A stretch of DNA of 64,000 bases from positions 22,258,001 through 22,322,000 of the forward strand of contig OX597826.1 in assembly GCA_951406725.2 (NCBI GenBank). The letters are read 5' to 3'. The notes below the pieces were generated by a model. That model was not told where the DNA came from, made no database searches, and was given only the letters and a program-made list of their open reading frames with translations. Below, piece by piece: positions 51,235-64,000 of this stretch (position 1 is the stretch's first letter; the number at the start of each line of letters is the position of its first letter). The translations under genes and the position numbers were made by a program. The DNA is from Octopus vulgaris (Eukaryota).

Positions 51235-52346
51235 CTATAATTTTAAAACAAATTCAAAAATTTTTTATTGAATGTCAATTATTTCAAAAGTTATTTGTTA
51301 TTCTTTTTTTGGAAGTTGCTAATATGAGATTTTTCAGAACTATGCTGAGAGCAGGAAGTTTGTATCCAGCAAATATTGTCGCAGCATTTTAAAAAAAGTA
51401 TAAAAATTCAATAAAGAAAGATGATTTTCACAATTTTTGCGTGACCAGAGAGACATACTGAGGCAGTTATTAACCCTAAGAATTAATAATAAATTTTAAA
51501 TATTTTCAATTGCTTGAAGTTACATTTCTTTGAAACTTTCAACAATTTAAAAATAATAAAAAAATTTTTTTTTACTTTATATGAAATATTTAAAGAAATT
51601 TGTTTCTAACGGTTTTTAAGCATCAAATCTTTTTCACCTTCACCACCACCACCATCATCAATTTTATATCCACTTTTCCATATTTGCATGGGTCAGATGG
51701 GATTTAGTGAGGCAGATTTTCTACAGACATCAGCCATCTTCTGTTTCCAAACAAAATGTGTGTGTGTGTGTGAATGTAATACACACACATACAGATGGGT
51801 TTCTTTCAGTTGCATCTTTGCTTTGGTCAGCCTGGAGCTATCGTAGAAGACATGGGCCCAAAGTGCAGCATAGAGTCACTGAACCCGAAAGCAAGCACCT
51901 TAAACCACCACCCATATCAGAACCTTCTATAGTATACTAGACTATTCATTACCCGTTGGGTCACTAGAAAAGTCTGAGTTTCCCAGCAACAGAGTTTTGT
52001 TTCGTGGGTTTTTTTTCTTCCTTTTCCAGATTATTTTGCATGCTTTCAATGAATGTGACTTCGAAACCACGCGTAAGGAGCTCCTTTCCCCAGAAAAGGA
52101 AAGATTTAGCTGCTATTTCTTGCACGCCCTGCTACCACATAACAGGTATTTCGGGTCCTTTATCGCAAATAGCAGTTACGTGGTAGCGAGGCGTGCTAGA
52201 AATAGCAGCCAAATATTTGGAAGTGAAATACGTTGAATGCACTCGGAAAAAAACCTATGGAAAAAAATTATTTCCCACTGAGATTACAAACAGATCTTTT
52301 AGGAAATATTTACGCCAACAAGAATTTTTGTAATGGTATTCACTTG

Positions 52347-54963
52347 GAACATGGAACGTAAGGGGGATGAACATTGGGAAGTTGGACACCATCAAGAAGG
52401 AAATGAATCGGTTAAACATCGATATCCTGGGAGTCAGCGAAGTTCATTGGACTGGCGATGGTTTCTTCAACTCTGGTGATCATACAATGTACTTTTCGGG
52501 CAATAGCAAGACCAGACAACATGGAGTGGGATTTGTTCTATACAAGAAAATATCCAAGTGTGTTGAAAGTTACTAGACCATGAGTGATCGAGTGATTACC
52601 ATTCGCATCAAAGCCAAACCCAACAACATCACATTGCTACAAATCTACACAGCAACTGCCGACGCCGAAGAAGATGAAATTGAACAATTCTATGCAGAAA
52701 TTCAGGGCGCAATCGAGGAAACATCACGAGCAGATGTTGTGTATATTCTGGGAGATTTCAATGCCAAAATTGGAGAAAGGGCAGAAGCAGACATCGTTGG
52801 CAAATTTGGATTAGGAGAACAGAATGAAGCAGGAGATCGACTGGTCCAATTTTGTCAAGAACAACACATGTGTTTAACCAATACTTGGTTTCAGCAACCA
52901 AGAAGAAGGTTATACACTTGGATATTGCCAAGTGGACAGTACCGCAATCAAATCGACTACATCCTATGTCAGCAACGGTGGAAGAGTTCAGTCCAAGCTG
53001 TGAAGATGTTCCCTGGGGCAGACTGTGGATCTGACCATGAACTTCTGGTTGCTAAGATCAAGATGCGACTCTGCAGCATCAAGCGACCACTCGCTTACCA
53101 GAAATTTGATACCAGCAAGATCGGTCCATCATATGCCGCTGAGATCAGAAACCGCTTCGAACTGCTCGCCATCGAAGAGAATCAAGAAGCAGAAGAAATA
53201 TGGGAGAAGGTGAAGGAAATTGTTGCTGAAACAGCAGAGAAACATGTACTGTACAAGAAACCCATACGATCAGCAAAGTGGATTTCGGAGGAGGCTATTA
53301 CAATAGCAGAAGAAAGAAGGAGAGCAAGGATGACCAGAAGCAGGGATGAAGTGCGGTGCCTGAATGCAATGTTCCAACAGGCCGCCAGGAAGGACAAAGA
53401 GAAATACTGGAATGAGGAATGTGCAAGGGCAGAGGAGGCATACAGGAAAGGGAACATGAGAGAACTTTACCAACATGTAAAGAAGACCCGTACAGCATTC
53501 ATGGCCAGATAAGCAACCATCCGAGAGAAAAAAGCCCCAGGTACTGATGGTATTCCACTAGAATTACTCAAGTCAATACCAACACAAACACTAACATTGC
53601 TTTGCCAACGAATATGGAGAACCTGTAAGTGGCCAAGGGAATGGAAGAGGTCAGTTTTCATCCCAATACCAAAGAAAAGAGATACCAAGGACTGCGCAAA
53701 CTACCGTACCATCATCCTGATCCCCCATGTAAGCAAAATTCTCCTTAAAATCATCCAGAAGCGCCTGAACACAACTATTGAGAGAGAATTGCCAGAGGTG
53801 CAAGCTGGTTTCAGAAAGGGAAGAGGCACCCGCGATCACATCACCAACCTACGGTGGATTATGGAAAAGGCAAGAGAATACCAAAAGCAGTACATGTGTT
53901 TCATCGATTACTCCAAAGCCTTTGACAGCATTGATCATTACAAGTTATGGAAATATCTGGAGGAAATGGGAACACCTTTACACCTTGTCCAGCTTATTAG
54001 ATCACTCAATCAAAACCAAGAGGCTACAGTACGGACACCATATGGCGACACTGATTGGTTTGAGATTGGAAAAGGCACTTGGCAGGGTTGCATCCTGTCA
54101 CCAGCAGCCTTCAACATGTACGCTGAAAAGGTCATGAGGAATGCAGGCCTGGAGGATAGATGCATTGGAGTGAGGATTGGAAGAAGAAATATTAATAACC
54201 TTCGCTATGCAAATGATACAATCCTGCTGGGGGAAAAGTGGTAAGGATCTGGAGGATCTTGTCCTGCTGGTCAAGAAAGAGAGTGAGAAATTTGGGCTGT
54301 ACCTCAATGTTAAGAAAACGAAGATCATGTCAACAGCAGCCACAACAAACATCAGCATCAAGATCGATAATGAAGAGATCGAAGTGGTTGATGATTTTAT
54401 CTTCCTTGGCTCCAAAATAAATCGAGATGATGACTGCACTCCAGAAATAAGACGGCGGATAGTACTAAGCAGAGAGGCAATGGTCAGCATGAGCAGGTAC
54501 TGGAAGAGTAGAAACATCAGACTCGCTACCAAATGCAGATTGGTGAATGCAATTGTCTTCCCAATAGCAACATATGGATGCGAGACCTGGACACTAAAGA
54601 AAGCTGACCAGAAGAGAATTAATGCATTCGAGCTTTGGTGTTGGAGAAGACATTTACGGATTCCATGGACAGCGAGGCTCACCAATGGAGAAGTTCTTAA
54701 GCAGATCAGGCCGAAAATGTTGCTAGAAGCTAGGATCACCAAGCATAGATTGGCATATTTCGGTCATGTTATGCGGAGAAAATCCCTGGAGAAGGACATC
54801 ATGCTCGGAATGGTCAGTGGCAAGAGAGGAAGAGGCCAACCAAGAACCCGCTGGCTTGACACCATCAAGAGGGATACCGGAATGGACATAGCCAATAGAA
54901 CTGACTGGAGGACACTGATCCAACGAGTAACCGAGAGTCGACTTCGACTGAACGGATAGATAG
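52347..54963 (+). mobile_element. RTE (BovB-like) LINE, near-complete ORF2 (APE plus RT), inactivated
   Basis: GTWNVR, LGVSEVHW, GDFNAK, NQIDYIL, SDHELL, KAPGTDGI, NYRTI, QAGFRKGRGTRDHI, DYSKAFD, QGCILSP and YAND (mutated YADD). Stops at 52576 and 53512, linker deletion ~53520, frameshift ~54240. (GATA)n tail; TSD attcacttg at 52338-46 and 54964-72. Confidence 0.95.
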
Positions 54964-55599
54964 ATTCACTTGAAAATAATTTTAAAAAAACACTGAAATA
55001 TTGTCTGTTTTATAGAAAAGGTAAAATTTTACCAAAGAGAACTAAAATATAAATACTTATTGTACAAACAACTTACATTTTTGAAATCACATTCACTTAA
55101 AAATATTACTAAATGATTAGAAGATTGTGTTTTACAAAAGCGAAAATAGAAACATTTTTCGTTGTCCAGTCACTGTCGAAAGGTAAGAGTTACTTCCCTT
55201 GCATGATCAGTTAATTTCGGAAACTTTTCCTATTAAGCACCATTTGAGGTATTTATACCCCGCAAACCCTTAATATCTTCCCAACTACTAATCCAATTTA
55301 CGCGAAATTTATTTCATTTCGCTTGTATTTACATTTCAGAGGAAAATTAATTCATAGTATTTTCCCATTATGCACCAGTTTGCCTGAGTAACATTACAAG
55401 CACGCACACACAACCCATTAGCTTTCCCCTCCTCCTCCCATTTTAGTAGCAGTCATCAGCTGTCACGGAGGTCACGAAGATATCCAAAGTGAATTGTCGA
55501 GTTGTCATGGAAACAACTGATTCCTTGTCATTGAATCGTCGAGTTAATCCGAAAGAATGACCAATCTTTTAATGTACTATAGATTACAATATAATACAA

Positions 55600-55858
55600 T
55601 ATATTACGGAGATGTACATGCATAGCAAGTAACCTGATCTGAGATCGTGTGCTGGAACGAAAATAATTGCAGCGTGAAAGGTGTTTATAAGCCATTTAAG
55701 AAACACACAAAAACCTCTAGATTCATTTTGACATTTAAATTTAATTTGCCAAAATATTTTCGTCGCTTTGAGACTACGACGTGTTCACTGACGAAATTCC
55801 GTGCCGCATCTCCGAGATGCAGGCTTATAAACACCTTCCACGCTGCAATTGTTTGCTA
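55600..55858 (-). mobile_element. Penelope-like non-autonomous relic with 29-bp inverted repeat and candidate minimal hammerhead
   Basis: IR arms 55665-55693 and 55822-55850 (1 mismatch) enclose a hammerhead-like fold at 55745-55796. The Penelope assignment is inferred from this layout. Confidence 0.5.
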
Positions 55859-55873
55859 ATATAATATAATATA

Positions 55874-55912
<39 letters not shown>

Positions 55913-56353
55913 ATGAAGGGTATTAGAAATAGCACCAACATGTTAAAATGGCAGTCAAAAACAACTTGAGGCCATAAGTTTTCCCTTATACACGAAAAGT
56001 GAATTCAGGGGAATGGGCAAAAATAACTATAAGACCCTATACAAATGAGCAAAAAAAATCGTAACTTGAATAACCAGACATACCCACATAGCAGTGATTT
56101 CAAACTTTGTGAAAAGATCACTTAGTCATCCTCAGCAAGATAAGTCATAGAACTTGCGTAGCACGTCCTGTAACTGTTTTTTTCGTTTTCTTGTTTTTTG
56201 TTTTTTCGTTTTCGTGTTTTTTGTTTTTCCCGTTTCTACGTATTATTGTGGTGTCCTGTACTCACGTATAATTATTTATATATGCATGTATATATACATG
56301 TAGATGTAGGTACGTACATATATGTTTGTATGTATGCATATATTTTTATTTAT

Positions 56354-56403
<50 letters not shown>

Positions 56404-57199
56404 GCTTCTTTCAGTTTCTGCCTACCAAATCTCCTCACAAGGCTGCCACACAGCTGGACTGAACCTGGAACCATGTGGTTGAGAAGCAAACTTCTTACAA
56501 TACAGCTATGCCTGCTTCTTAAAGACATTTACCCCATGAAGAGTATTCTTGATTCCTTCTTAAGACCTGACCACTGCCCAGAATTTTCTCCTTGACTAGT
56601 TCACACTTTGAGCAAAAACTGGCGAAGTTTATTTTTTGTGATTCAAAAGTAAAGGCTTCATCCATTTATCCCTACCAATGCTTTTGAAATTTAATTTTCA
56701 ATATCGAAAATTATTTCAAAAAGTTATGTAAAAAAGTAAACTAGCACCTAAATTTTTTGTAAAACATTTTCCATGCTTTCATTCAATCCCAGGATGGCAA
56801 AAGAATCAATAAGCTCAGTTCCCTCTCTACTTTTCCAACCTTTTGCAACAAGAAGCTTCAAAGAGAAAAATAATATTATCATTCTTGGAAAAGAGAAGCC
56901 AAAGTGAGCAGCAAGGAATGTCATTGCTATTTTAATTCCAAGTATTATAAACAGTATGATTGGATGATGGGATGTCCCTTTCTGAACAAGTTGTTCTGTT
57001 TCTTGTCATTTTGTCAACATTAAAACACAATATGGACAACGACTGGCTACTGCAATTTGCCAAAACTCTAAAATCTCAGAACCATCTGAATTCCGTAATT
57101 GTTCTGAAAACTTTTGGCTGACAATGAACTGATACAGCGATCGATCACTGAAAAGCAACGTTGATTCAGTTTCATAATAGATCAGTAGAGAAAAACTAT

Positions 57200-57620
57200 G
57201 ATGTATTAAAAAGTTTAATTCATTGTATTGAAATTTTGGCTTGTCAAAAATTACCATAGGACATGATGAAACAGAAGGATCAAACAATAAGGGTAATTTT
57301 CTGACTCTATGGGGAGCAGTAGCAGAATACTGTTTAAGATCACATTTAGATTTTGTGAAGGAAAATGCAAACTGCACATTTCCTGAACTTTCAAGTGATA
57401 TTCATATTCAAAACAAGATCATTAAATGTATAGCTGCTACAATTAAAGGCAATGATTGAAAAACAAAACAACATTATTTGTTGCTTTATGTTTTATAAAA
57501 CTATGGATCTTCAAATGAAATCTCACTCGTTCTGTGTTTTGTAATTTGTTGATGAGATGGAAAAACCTCGAGAAAGGTTTTTGAGGTATGCCAATGTCAG
57601 TAAAGATAGAAAAGCTGAAT
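57200..57620 (+). mobile_element. hAT (ZMYM1/DUF4371-type) transposase remnant
   Basis: IGHDETEGSNNKGNFLTL...LRSHL...SDIHIQNKIIKCIA matches the RGHDE..S.N.GNF..L / S..IQNELI hAT motif. Confidence 0.7.
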
Positions 57621-59567
57621 CACAGACAGAAGGTCAAAAATTTGTTAATGAATTCATCATTCACAGTATCTAAGTGTAATGATAACAAATATTTCGGTGT
57701 GAATGCAAATAGCTATTACTTGGTAGCAGGGCATGCTAGAAATAGCAAAAGGAGCCATTTATGTGTGATTTCAATGTCACATTTGTTGAAAGCATGCAAA
57801 ATAACCTGGAAAAGAAAAAAACAGACCCACGAAATAAAATTCCCTTGGTGGGAAACTTCGAGGTCCTACCACTCCTCCCACCTTTCTTTGCCAGAAGAAA
57901 GTGGATTGTGGCAGGTTTGGAGGTCAGATATGTTGAATGCCCAAAACTATGAAAAAAATTATTTCACACCGAGATATGAAATATTTATTGAAAGAATAAA
58001 ATGTTGTACTCATTATACCTGTATTTTAATTAATTCAAATTGATGTACCTCATCTTGAAAAGTGGCAAAATTTTTGTCAATTGTAACCTGGGATAATTTT
58101 AGTAACAAATCAAACAGGTAAGATGCATTAAGAATTTCAATTTTAGTATTTATCCATAATGTTATTGCTTTTACACCTGCTAATCAAATTTACTCAGCAA
58201 GATCAGCTAAAATTACATAATCAGTGGTATATAAAGCACCCACTAACAAAATTTAAAATCTGTATGTAAAAAATTTACAAAGTTACAAGCAAATATTGAA
58301 CCTGAATAATTCAAAATAATGTGAACAAAATAAGCATTATATTTGACAGATTCATATGAACACTAAAGATGTTTTTAGGTGTTTTTTCTTACACACACAC
58401 ACATAACACAGCCTCACTCAGTTGGGACTACATGTGTATTACTTTGACCTCATCATCCCATAAAATTTGTTTATGGGAAGAAAAATATTGAAAACTATTA
58501 ATAGATGTATGAGTAAGAAAGGTACAAGGAGGGAGGTTTCGGGATGTGCTAGAAACGACAGCCATATCGCCCTTAAATCACACATTTTCCTCTGAAATTA
58601 TTAACAATTTTCTTTAAAACCAAAAATGTTTCTCTCACAGGTTTTAAGTGCATAGTGGAAAAAAAAGGCCAAAATTGGACTGGAGTGGTAGAGGGTAACA
58701 GAAATAAAAAAAAAAATTCAAAATTTTTTCTTTTTTTTTCCAAGAAAAGATGCCTCCCGTCATTCTGAAGACTCTAGTGAAAAACATTGGAAAATGGAGA
58801 AATTCCAACTTATGTGGGCTGTCTGATTCGAAACTCTGTTTTTCAGAAATTCCTCCCTCCTGTGAACTTCCAAAAATTTTGCCAAAAATTTCTTTGTAAT
58901 TGTAATCTACACTCTTTGAAAAGTATTTATATAAAATGTCATTAAAAAATACCTATTTTCCAGAAAGTTATGAGGGGCGAAATGTAGGGCCCTGTGACAC
59001 ACACACACACACTTACATGTGTACATACATACGTCATGTTCATCCATCAGAATGACCGGGACCATTTAGCCATCCTTCATTCTTAAGGGTCACCGATAAC
59101 CTCTCTGATGACTGTTTAAAGTGAAGAAAAATTGTGCATGGTCAACTTTATTCTCTCACCTGTGACCCTCTTCAATCCAATCATAAGACCAGGTGAAGAT
59201 GACTGGAGATGGAGATAGATGCAGTAGATGACCAAGATGCCTTACTTGCCTTATCTTGCCCTCTGTACTTTACAAGACATTGCTTCAGCCACCTTCTGTT
59301 GACCCATGAAAGTTTCTTCATGAAAAGAGTCTGCCAGAACTAGTCATCATCACATGCATAGGTAGGCAAGCCCTAGTATGCTAATTAATCCATAACTGGG
59401 GCCTTGACAGGTGCTACTACTCCTGGTCAAAGTAGATCTGGGATTAAGAAGTGGGTCCACACACTGCAAAACCTTGGAACTCCCAAATCAGGGCCTCTCT
59501 ACAGGATACAGTTTAAAGTCACACTCTGGACAAGTATGTGGGGGGAAAATTGATTAAAGCTTTTAAC

Positions 59568-60754
59568 TCTGTGCCACACAAAAGACTTATGGTGAAGCTT
59601 TCTGTGTTGGGTGTAAGAGACGAACTCTATAACTGGTTAAAGTCCTTTATTTTCGGCCGAAAAGAGGTTGTCACAGTTCTAGGACAGCACTCTTCGCCCT
59701 ATGAGATGACATCTGGTGTGCCGCAGGGATCTGTTCTTGGCCCCCTTTTATTTGTTGCATATGTTAATGACATAGATGCCAACTTAAAGAATGCCACAGT
59801 GCTGAAATATGCAGATGACATCAAGCTGTACCTCGAAATAAAGAGGTCAAATCCTGTACACTATGGATCTCTATTGCAAGCAGACCTGGACACAGTGCAG
59901 CAGTGGATCATGGACTGGCAACTCAAGCTGGCTGTGGACAAATGTACCACCATGCATTTTGGGAGGAGAAACCCAGTGTCCACCTACTCCCTCCACAACA
60001 CTAGTCTCAAAAAGTCTTCAAGTGAACGCGACCTGGGTGTTATTGTCGACAGTGATTTGCGTTGGACAAAACACATCACTAAAATTGTCAAGAAGGCTGA
60101 GGGTGTCTTGGCATCACTCACCAAATCCTTTGTGAGCCGCTCTCCAGCTATCTATCTGCGGCTTTATATAGCTATGGTAAGACCTCACCTGGAATTTGCA
60201 TCACCGGTCTGGAACCCCTATCTTGCCAGGACATCAATCGTCTGGAAGCTGTTCAGCGACGTGCAACCAAAAGAATACCCTCCATCAGGCATTTGCCATA
60301 TCCTGAACGCCTTACTTCCCTGGGCATGGACACATTGAAACTCTGACGTCTGGCAGCTGACTTGGCAGACACCCATAAAATTATCAACCATCGCACAAAC
60401 AATAACTCTGAGCACCTCTTCAAACTCCACCCATCTAACACCCGTGAACATATTTACAAAGTAAGAAAACAGCACAGCTCCCATGACTTCAGGAAACATT
60501 TTTTCACGCTGAGAGTTGCTGAAGCGTGGAACAAACTGCCGGCATCGGTTGTTAGTTGTCGGAGCACTGCATCCTTCAAAACTTCCATGCTTCCTGAGAT
60601 TCGCCAACACTACACTTGATTTTCTCCCCTCCATACACACACAAGCATGTTCACTTTCCAGACATTTCTACATTACTGCATGTACTTTATATGCACTTTC
60701 TGACAAGTTGTGGGGCACCTGAGCACTGTATACAATAATTTCATTATTATTATT
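59568..60754 (+). mobile_element. CR1-clade LINE, 5'-truncated
   Basis: KAFNSVPH, SGVPQGSVLGPLLF, YADDIKL, ERDLGVIVD, VRPHLEFASPVWNP and FFTLRVAEAWNKLP; (ATT)n tail; frameshift ~60235. Confidence 0.93.
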
Positions 60755-61073
60755 CATATAGAAATACTCGGCAGTATTAACGTCCAGGAGAGTTATCTTT
60801 CCTTACATTGGTGTCTCTTTTGCACTTTGTATCTTAGAACAAGGATGAAATAAATATCAAAGTATTTCAATTGATATAATTGACAAAAATCTTTGAAAGT
60901 GATGCTCCAGTATGGCCATAGGCTAATGAGTAAAACCAATAAAAGAATTACAAGTAGACTTAGCATCAAAATAAAAGACTGTGAATGTTTTAAGAGATTG
61001 GGGAAATAAGAAACAACAAAAACAAAGACTTTGTTTTTATCTAAAACTAAAATTTATCAGAAAGACGACTTAC

Positions 61074-61208
61074 TTGTGTAACAGTTGCTGCCTTTCCAGC
61101 CAGGAATACAACCATCAAGACAATCACCATTAGTGGAATTACATTTTGTCGGTTTCTTGCAGTGACATTCTCTGCTGCAGTTTTCAGAAAACCACCCACT
61201 GTTGCAAT
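61074..61208 (-). CDS. RPTP exon, EGF-laminin repeat 1 (135 nt, phase 1-1)
   Basis: attcag acceptor, gtaagt donor; CNSGWFSENCSRECHCKKPTKCNSTNGDCLDGCIPGWKGSNCYT (8 Cys). Confidence 0.92.
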
Positions 61209-61347
61209 CTGAATGGTCAACAACAAATTGGAAGTGTAAGATGAAACAAGTTTACAACTAGGAGAGGTTAGGGTTAGGGTTCATTTATAACTGCAACACT
61301 AAAAACTTAATTATGTGCCTTAAAATATAGAAGTATGGAAATAAATC

Positions 61348-62495
61348 ATAGGAAGGCTAACTGGGAAGGTAGTCTTTGTATGTGGCAGATGCTCAGGAGC
61401 AATAAACACTGAAAATGTGCAGAGAACAACTTCCGCCACATTCCAGGGAGAAAAACCAAATTTAGTTGATAGCTTCCGTTACCTAGGTAACCAACTCAGT
61501 AGTGGGGGAGGGTGCGCTGAAAGTGTAGCTGCTAGAATAAGAATAGCCTGGGTAAAGTTCAGAGAGCTCTTACCTCTGCTGATCACAAAGGGCCTCTCGC
61601 TCAGAGTAAAAGGTAGACTGTATGACGCATGTATACGAACATGGGCTGTGACTGCTGAGGACATGCATAAGCTTGCAAGGAATGAAGCCAGTATGCTCTG
61701 CTGGATGTGTAATGTCAGTGTGCATACTTGACAGAGTGTAAGTGCCTTGAGAGAAAAGTTGGACCTAAGGAAGCATCAGATGTAGTGTGCAAGAGAGACG
61801 ACTGCGCTGGTATGGTCATGTGGCGAGAATGGAAGAGGATAGCTGTGTGAAAAAGTGCCACACCCTAGCAGTTGAGGGAACTTGTGGAAGAGGTAGACCT
61901 AGGAAGATCTGAGATGAGGTGGTGAAGCACAACCTTCGAACATTAGGCCTCACCAAGACAATGACTAGTGACCAAGACTTATGGAAATATGCTGTGCTTG
62001 AGAAGACTCAGCAAGCCAAGTGAGACCATAACCCGTGGCCTATGCCAGGGGTGTAACCAGCCCACTTATGCATACCTTTCCTACATTGGACACTAAACTC
62101 TGCTTGCGAAGACCTGTTGAGGCAACTGAAATCGAAATCAAATTCAATGACAACACCTCATGACTGGCATCCGTGCTAGTGGAGCGCTAAGAGCAGCATC
62201 TGAGCGTGATCACTGCCAGAGCAGCTGACTGGCTTCCATGACAGTGGCACGTAAAAAGCACCATTCAAACGTGATCGTTATCTGCGTTGCATTGCTGGCT
62301 CGTGAAAAACATTTAAGCAAAGTCATTGCCAGTGCCGCTGGACTGGCTCCTGTGCAGGTGGCACATAAAAAAACACCACTTGAGTATGGCCGTTGCCAGT
62401 ACCACCTGACTGGCCCTCGTGCTGGTGGCATGTAAAAGCACCCACTACACTCTCGGAGTGGTTGGCATTAGGAAGGGCATCCAGTTGTAGAAACT
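61348..62495 (+). mobile_element. RTE-clade LINE 3' fragment (second copy of the 1500-2878 family)
   Basis: GRLTGKVVFVCGRC..VDSFRYLG..KGRLYDAC..RLRWYGHV, followed by a variant tandem-unit 3' UTR. Confidence 0.9.
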
Positions 62496-63849
62496 TTGAC
62501 AGAGAGTGCTAGTTTGATACAATTTAGGGGTTTGTTTGCATAGCAGCACCAATCATTCCAGATGTAGCAGAACTGTCTCAGGTGTGGACAGTTTAGTTAA
62601 TTACTTTTAACAGTGTCAAAAAGATCAGAATTCTTCATCATGATGGCATAAACTTCTGAAAGAGTCTAAAAGTCTTCTTTCATTGCTCTAGGGATTAACT
62701 GAGTTACTTATGTAGATCAATATTTTTAGAAAATTCATAGATCAATTCCATGGATTCTTTATTTTTGTTCTATGCTTCCTCTTTGTAATAGTGGTTCTAC
62801 CCATTGGTGAATTGCATTGATTAAAGAAGGTTTAGTAAAGCAGATTTGCTGTGGAAGATCTTTTCACATCAAGACTGCTTTTTGTTCAGCTGGGATTTAT
62901 CATGTTGAAGCATAAATATTCATAGACAAACAATGGTGTTTATTAAAACAATCTTCTATACTTTCTCTGTTCAGGAATTTAAAGATATTCTCTGTATCTA
63001 AAATTTTCTTTGTTTTATAAACACAAATCTATTCCAAATATTTTCTTTAGTAAAACAAGCCAATGTTGACATAACAATGTACAATTGCCATCTCAAGGTT
63101 GGTTCCTAGAGTATTTTTGTGGAAATAATTTAGAAATCTCACATTTACCATCTTGATTTATTCTACAACTTCATTGCAACAAATTAATGCACTTCGTTGT
63201 AATCTCTATTTTCTCTTCAATTTCTATTTCACTATTTGGAGGATTAATTTTAGGATAATTCTTGAGAAATTTGTAGCTTCCAACATCTATTCTATTGAAA
63301 TTATAACATCACAGTCTTTTGGTAAAGTGTTATTCTCATAAACATTCTCCCTTCAGTAGTAGTCGTTATTTTTAAAAAGAAACACTTATTTTCCCAGGAA
63401 GAGAATAAGGTTAGAGTTAAGGTGGTAACTAAACTGTTTCTACAAATACCATTACAGTTTGTCTCTATTTTTAACAAAAATTGCCAAGTAATGGGCTTAA
63501 TTAGATTATTAAGTATTAGTAATTTAATAAAGTAGAGTGAAAGAGTAGAATTTGTGGGAAATGGTAGTATGATAGTGTGTAAGCAAAATGCTAAAAGTTT
63601 GCCAAGTGGAATTAATTATTTTACTGTGGGAAAAGAATTTGTTCCATTTAAAATAAAACTCACTTATAAGTATAGGCTTGTTCTAAATGATTTCTAACAT
63701 AAAATTCTTTTTTGTCTTTAAAATGAATCTTAAATATGAGTTTATAAACAATTATAATTAAACAAAATCAGAAGGACTAAATAATAAAAATGCAAATACA
63801 GTATTAACAAGTTAATTATGTAAAGATAGTTTTAATCAGTTATTTAAAT

Positions 63850-64000
63850 AAATATTTCTTTCTTTATTGCCCACAAAGGGGCTAAACATAGAGGGGACAA
63901 ACAAAGACAGACAAGGGGTTTAAGTCGATTACATTGACCCCAGTGTATAACTGGTACTTATTTAATCAACCCCAAAAGGATGAAAGGCAAAGTCGACCTT
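63850..64000 (-). mobile_element. Family A SINE 3' part with Tx1-like tail (cut by window edge)
   Basis: Core aagtcgattacattgaccccagt..ctggtactta..gatgaaaggcaaagtcgacc as at ~22317-22395, but with a tail similar to 7324-7388. Confidence 0.75.

Noticed and set aside
56090-56140. Minus-strand CTGAGGA...GAAA hammerhead-like spacing
   Set aside because: I could not build a convincing stem I or stem III.
61265-61280. TTAGGG telomere-like repeat
   Set aside because: Only about two units, which is expected by chance.

Overview
AT-rich eukaryotic (metazoan) genomic DNA, dense in microsatellites and transposons. The repeat families look like those of Octopus; this is recalled resemblance, not a database result. 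The whole window lies inside one long minus-strand gene. By hand I located 15 GT-AG exons (61208 down to 893; 1927 nt, about 642 aa) whose phases join into one open frame. They encode seven 8-Cys EGF-laminin (MEGF10/Draper/SREC-type) repeats, a single TM helix, a juxtamembrane ITIM-like/YxN motif (IIYMNV) and a classical protein tyrosine phosphatase domain (KNRY, DYINANYI, YIASQGP, FWQMLW, KCEKYWP, W-S-D loop, VVHCS). The gene continues beyond both window edges. The introns hold decayed mobile elements: RTE LINEs (one with a PHD-type finger fragment inside ORF2), BovB-like RTE, Tx1/L1, R4/Dong, RTE/RTEX, CR1 and L2-like LINE fragments, two mariner relics, hAT derivatives, Helitrons (one with a PIF1 helicase fragment), MITEs, tRNA-derived SINEs and a Penelope-like relic with a candidate variant minimal hammerhead ribozyme. 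No prokaryotic features, rRNA or CRISPR array were found. Exon and TSD coordinates were counted by hand; most TE boundaries are approximate.
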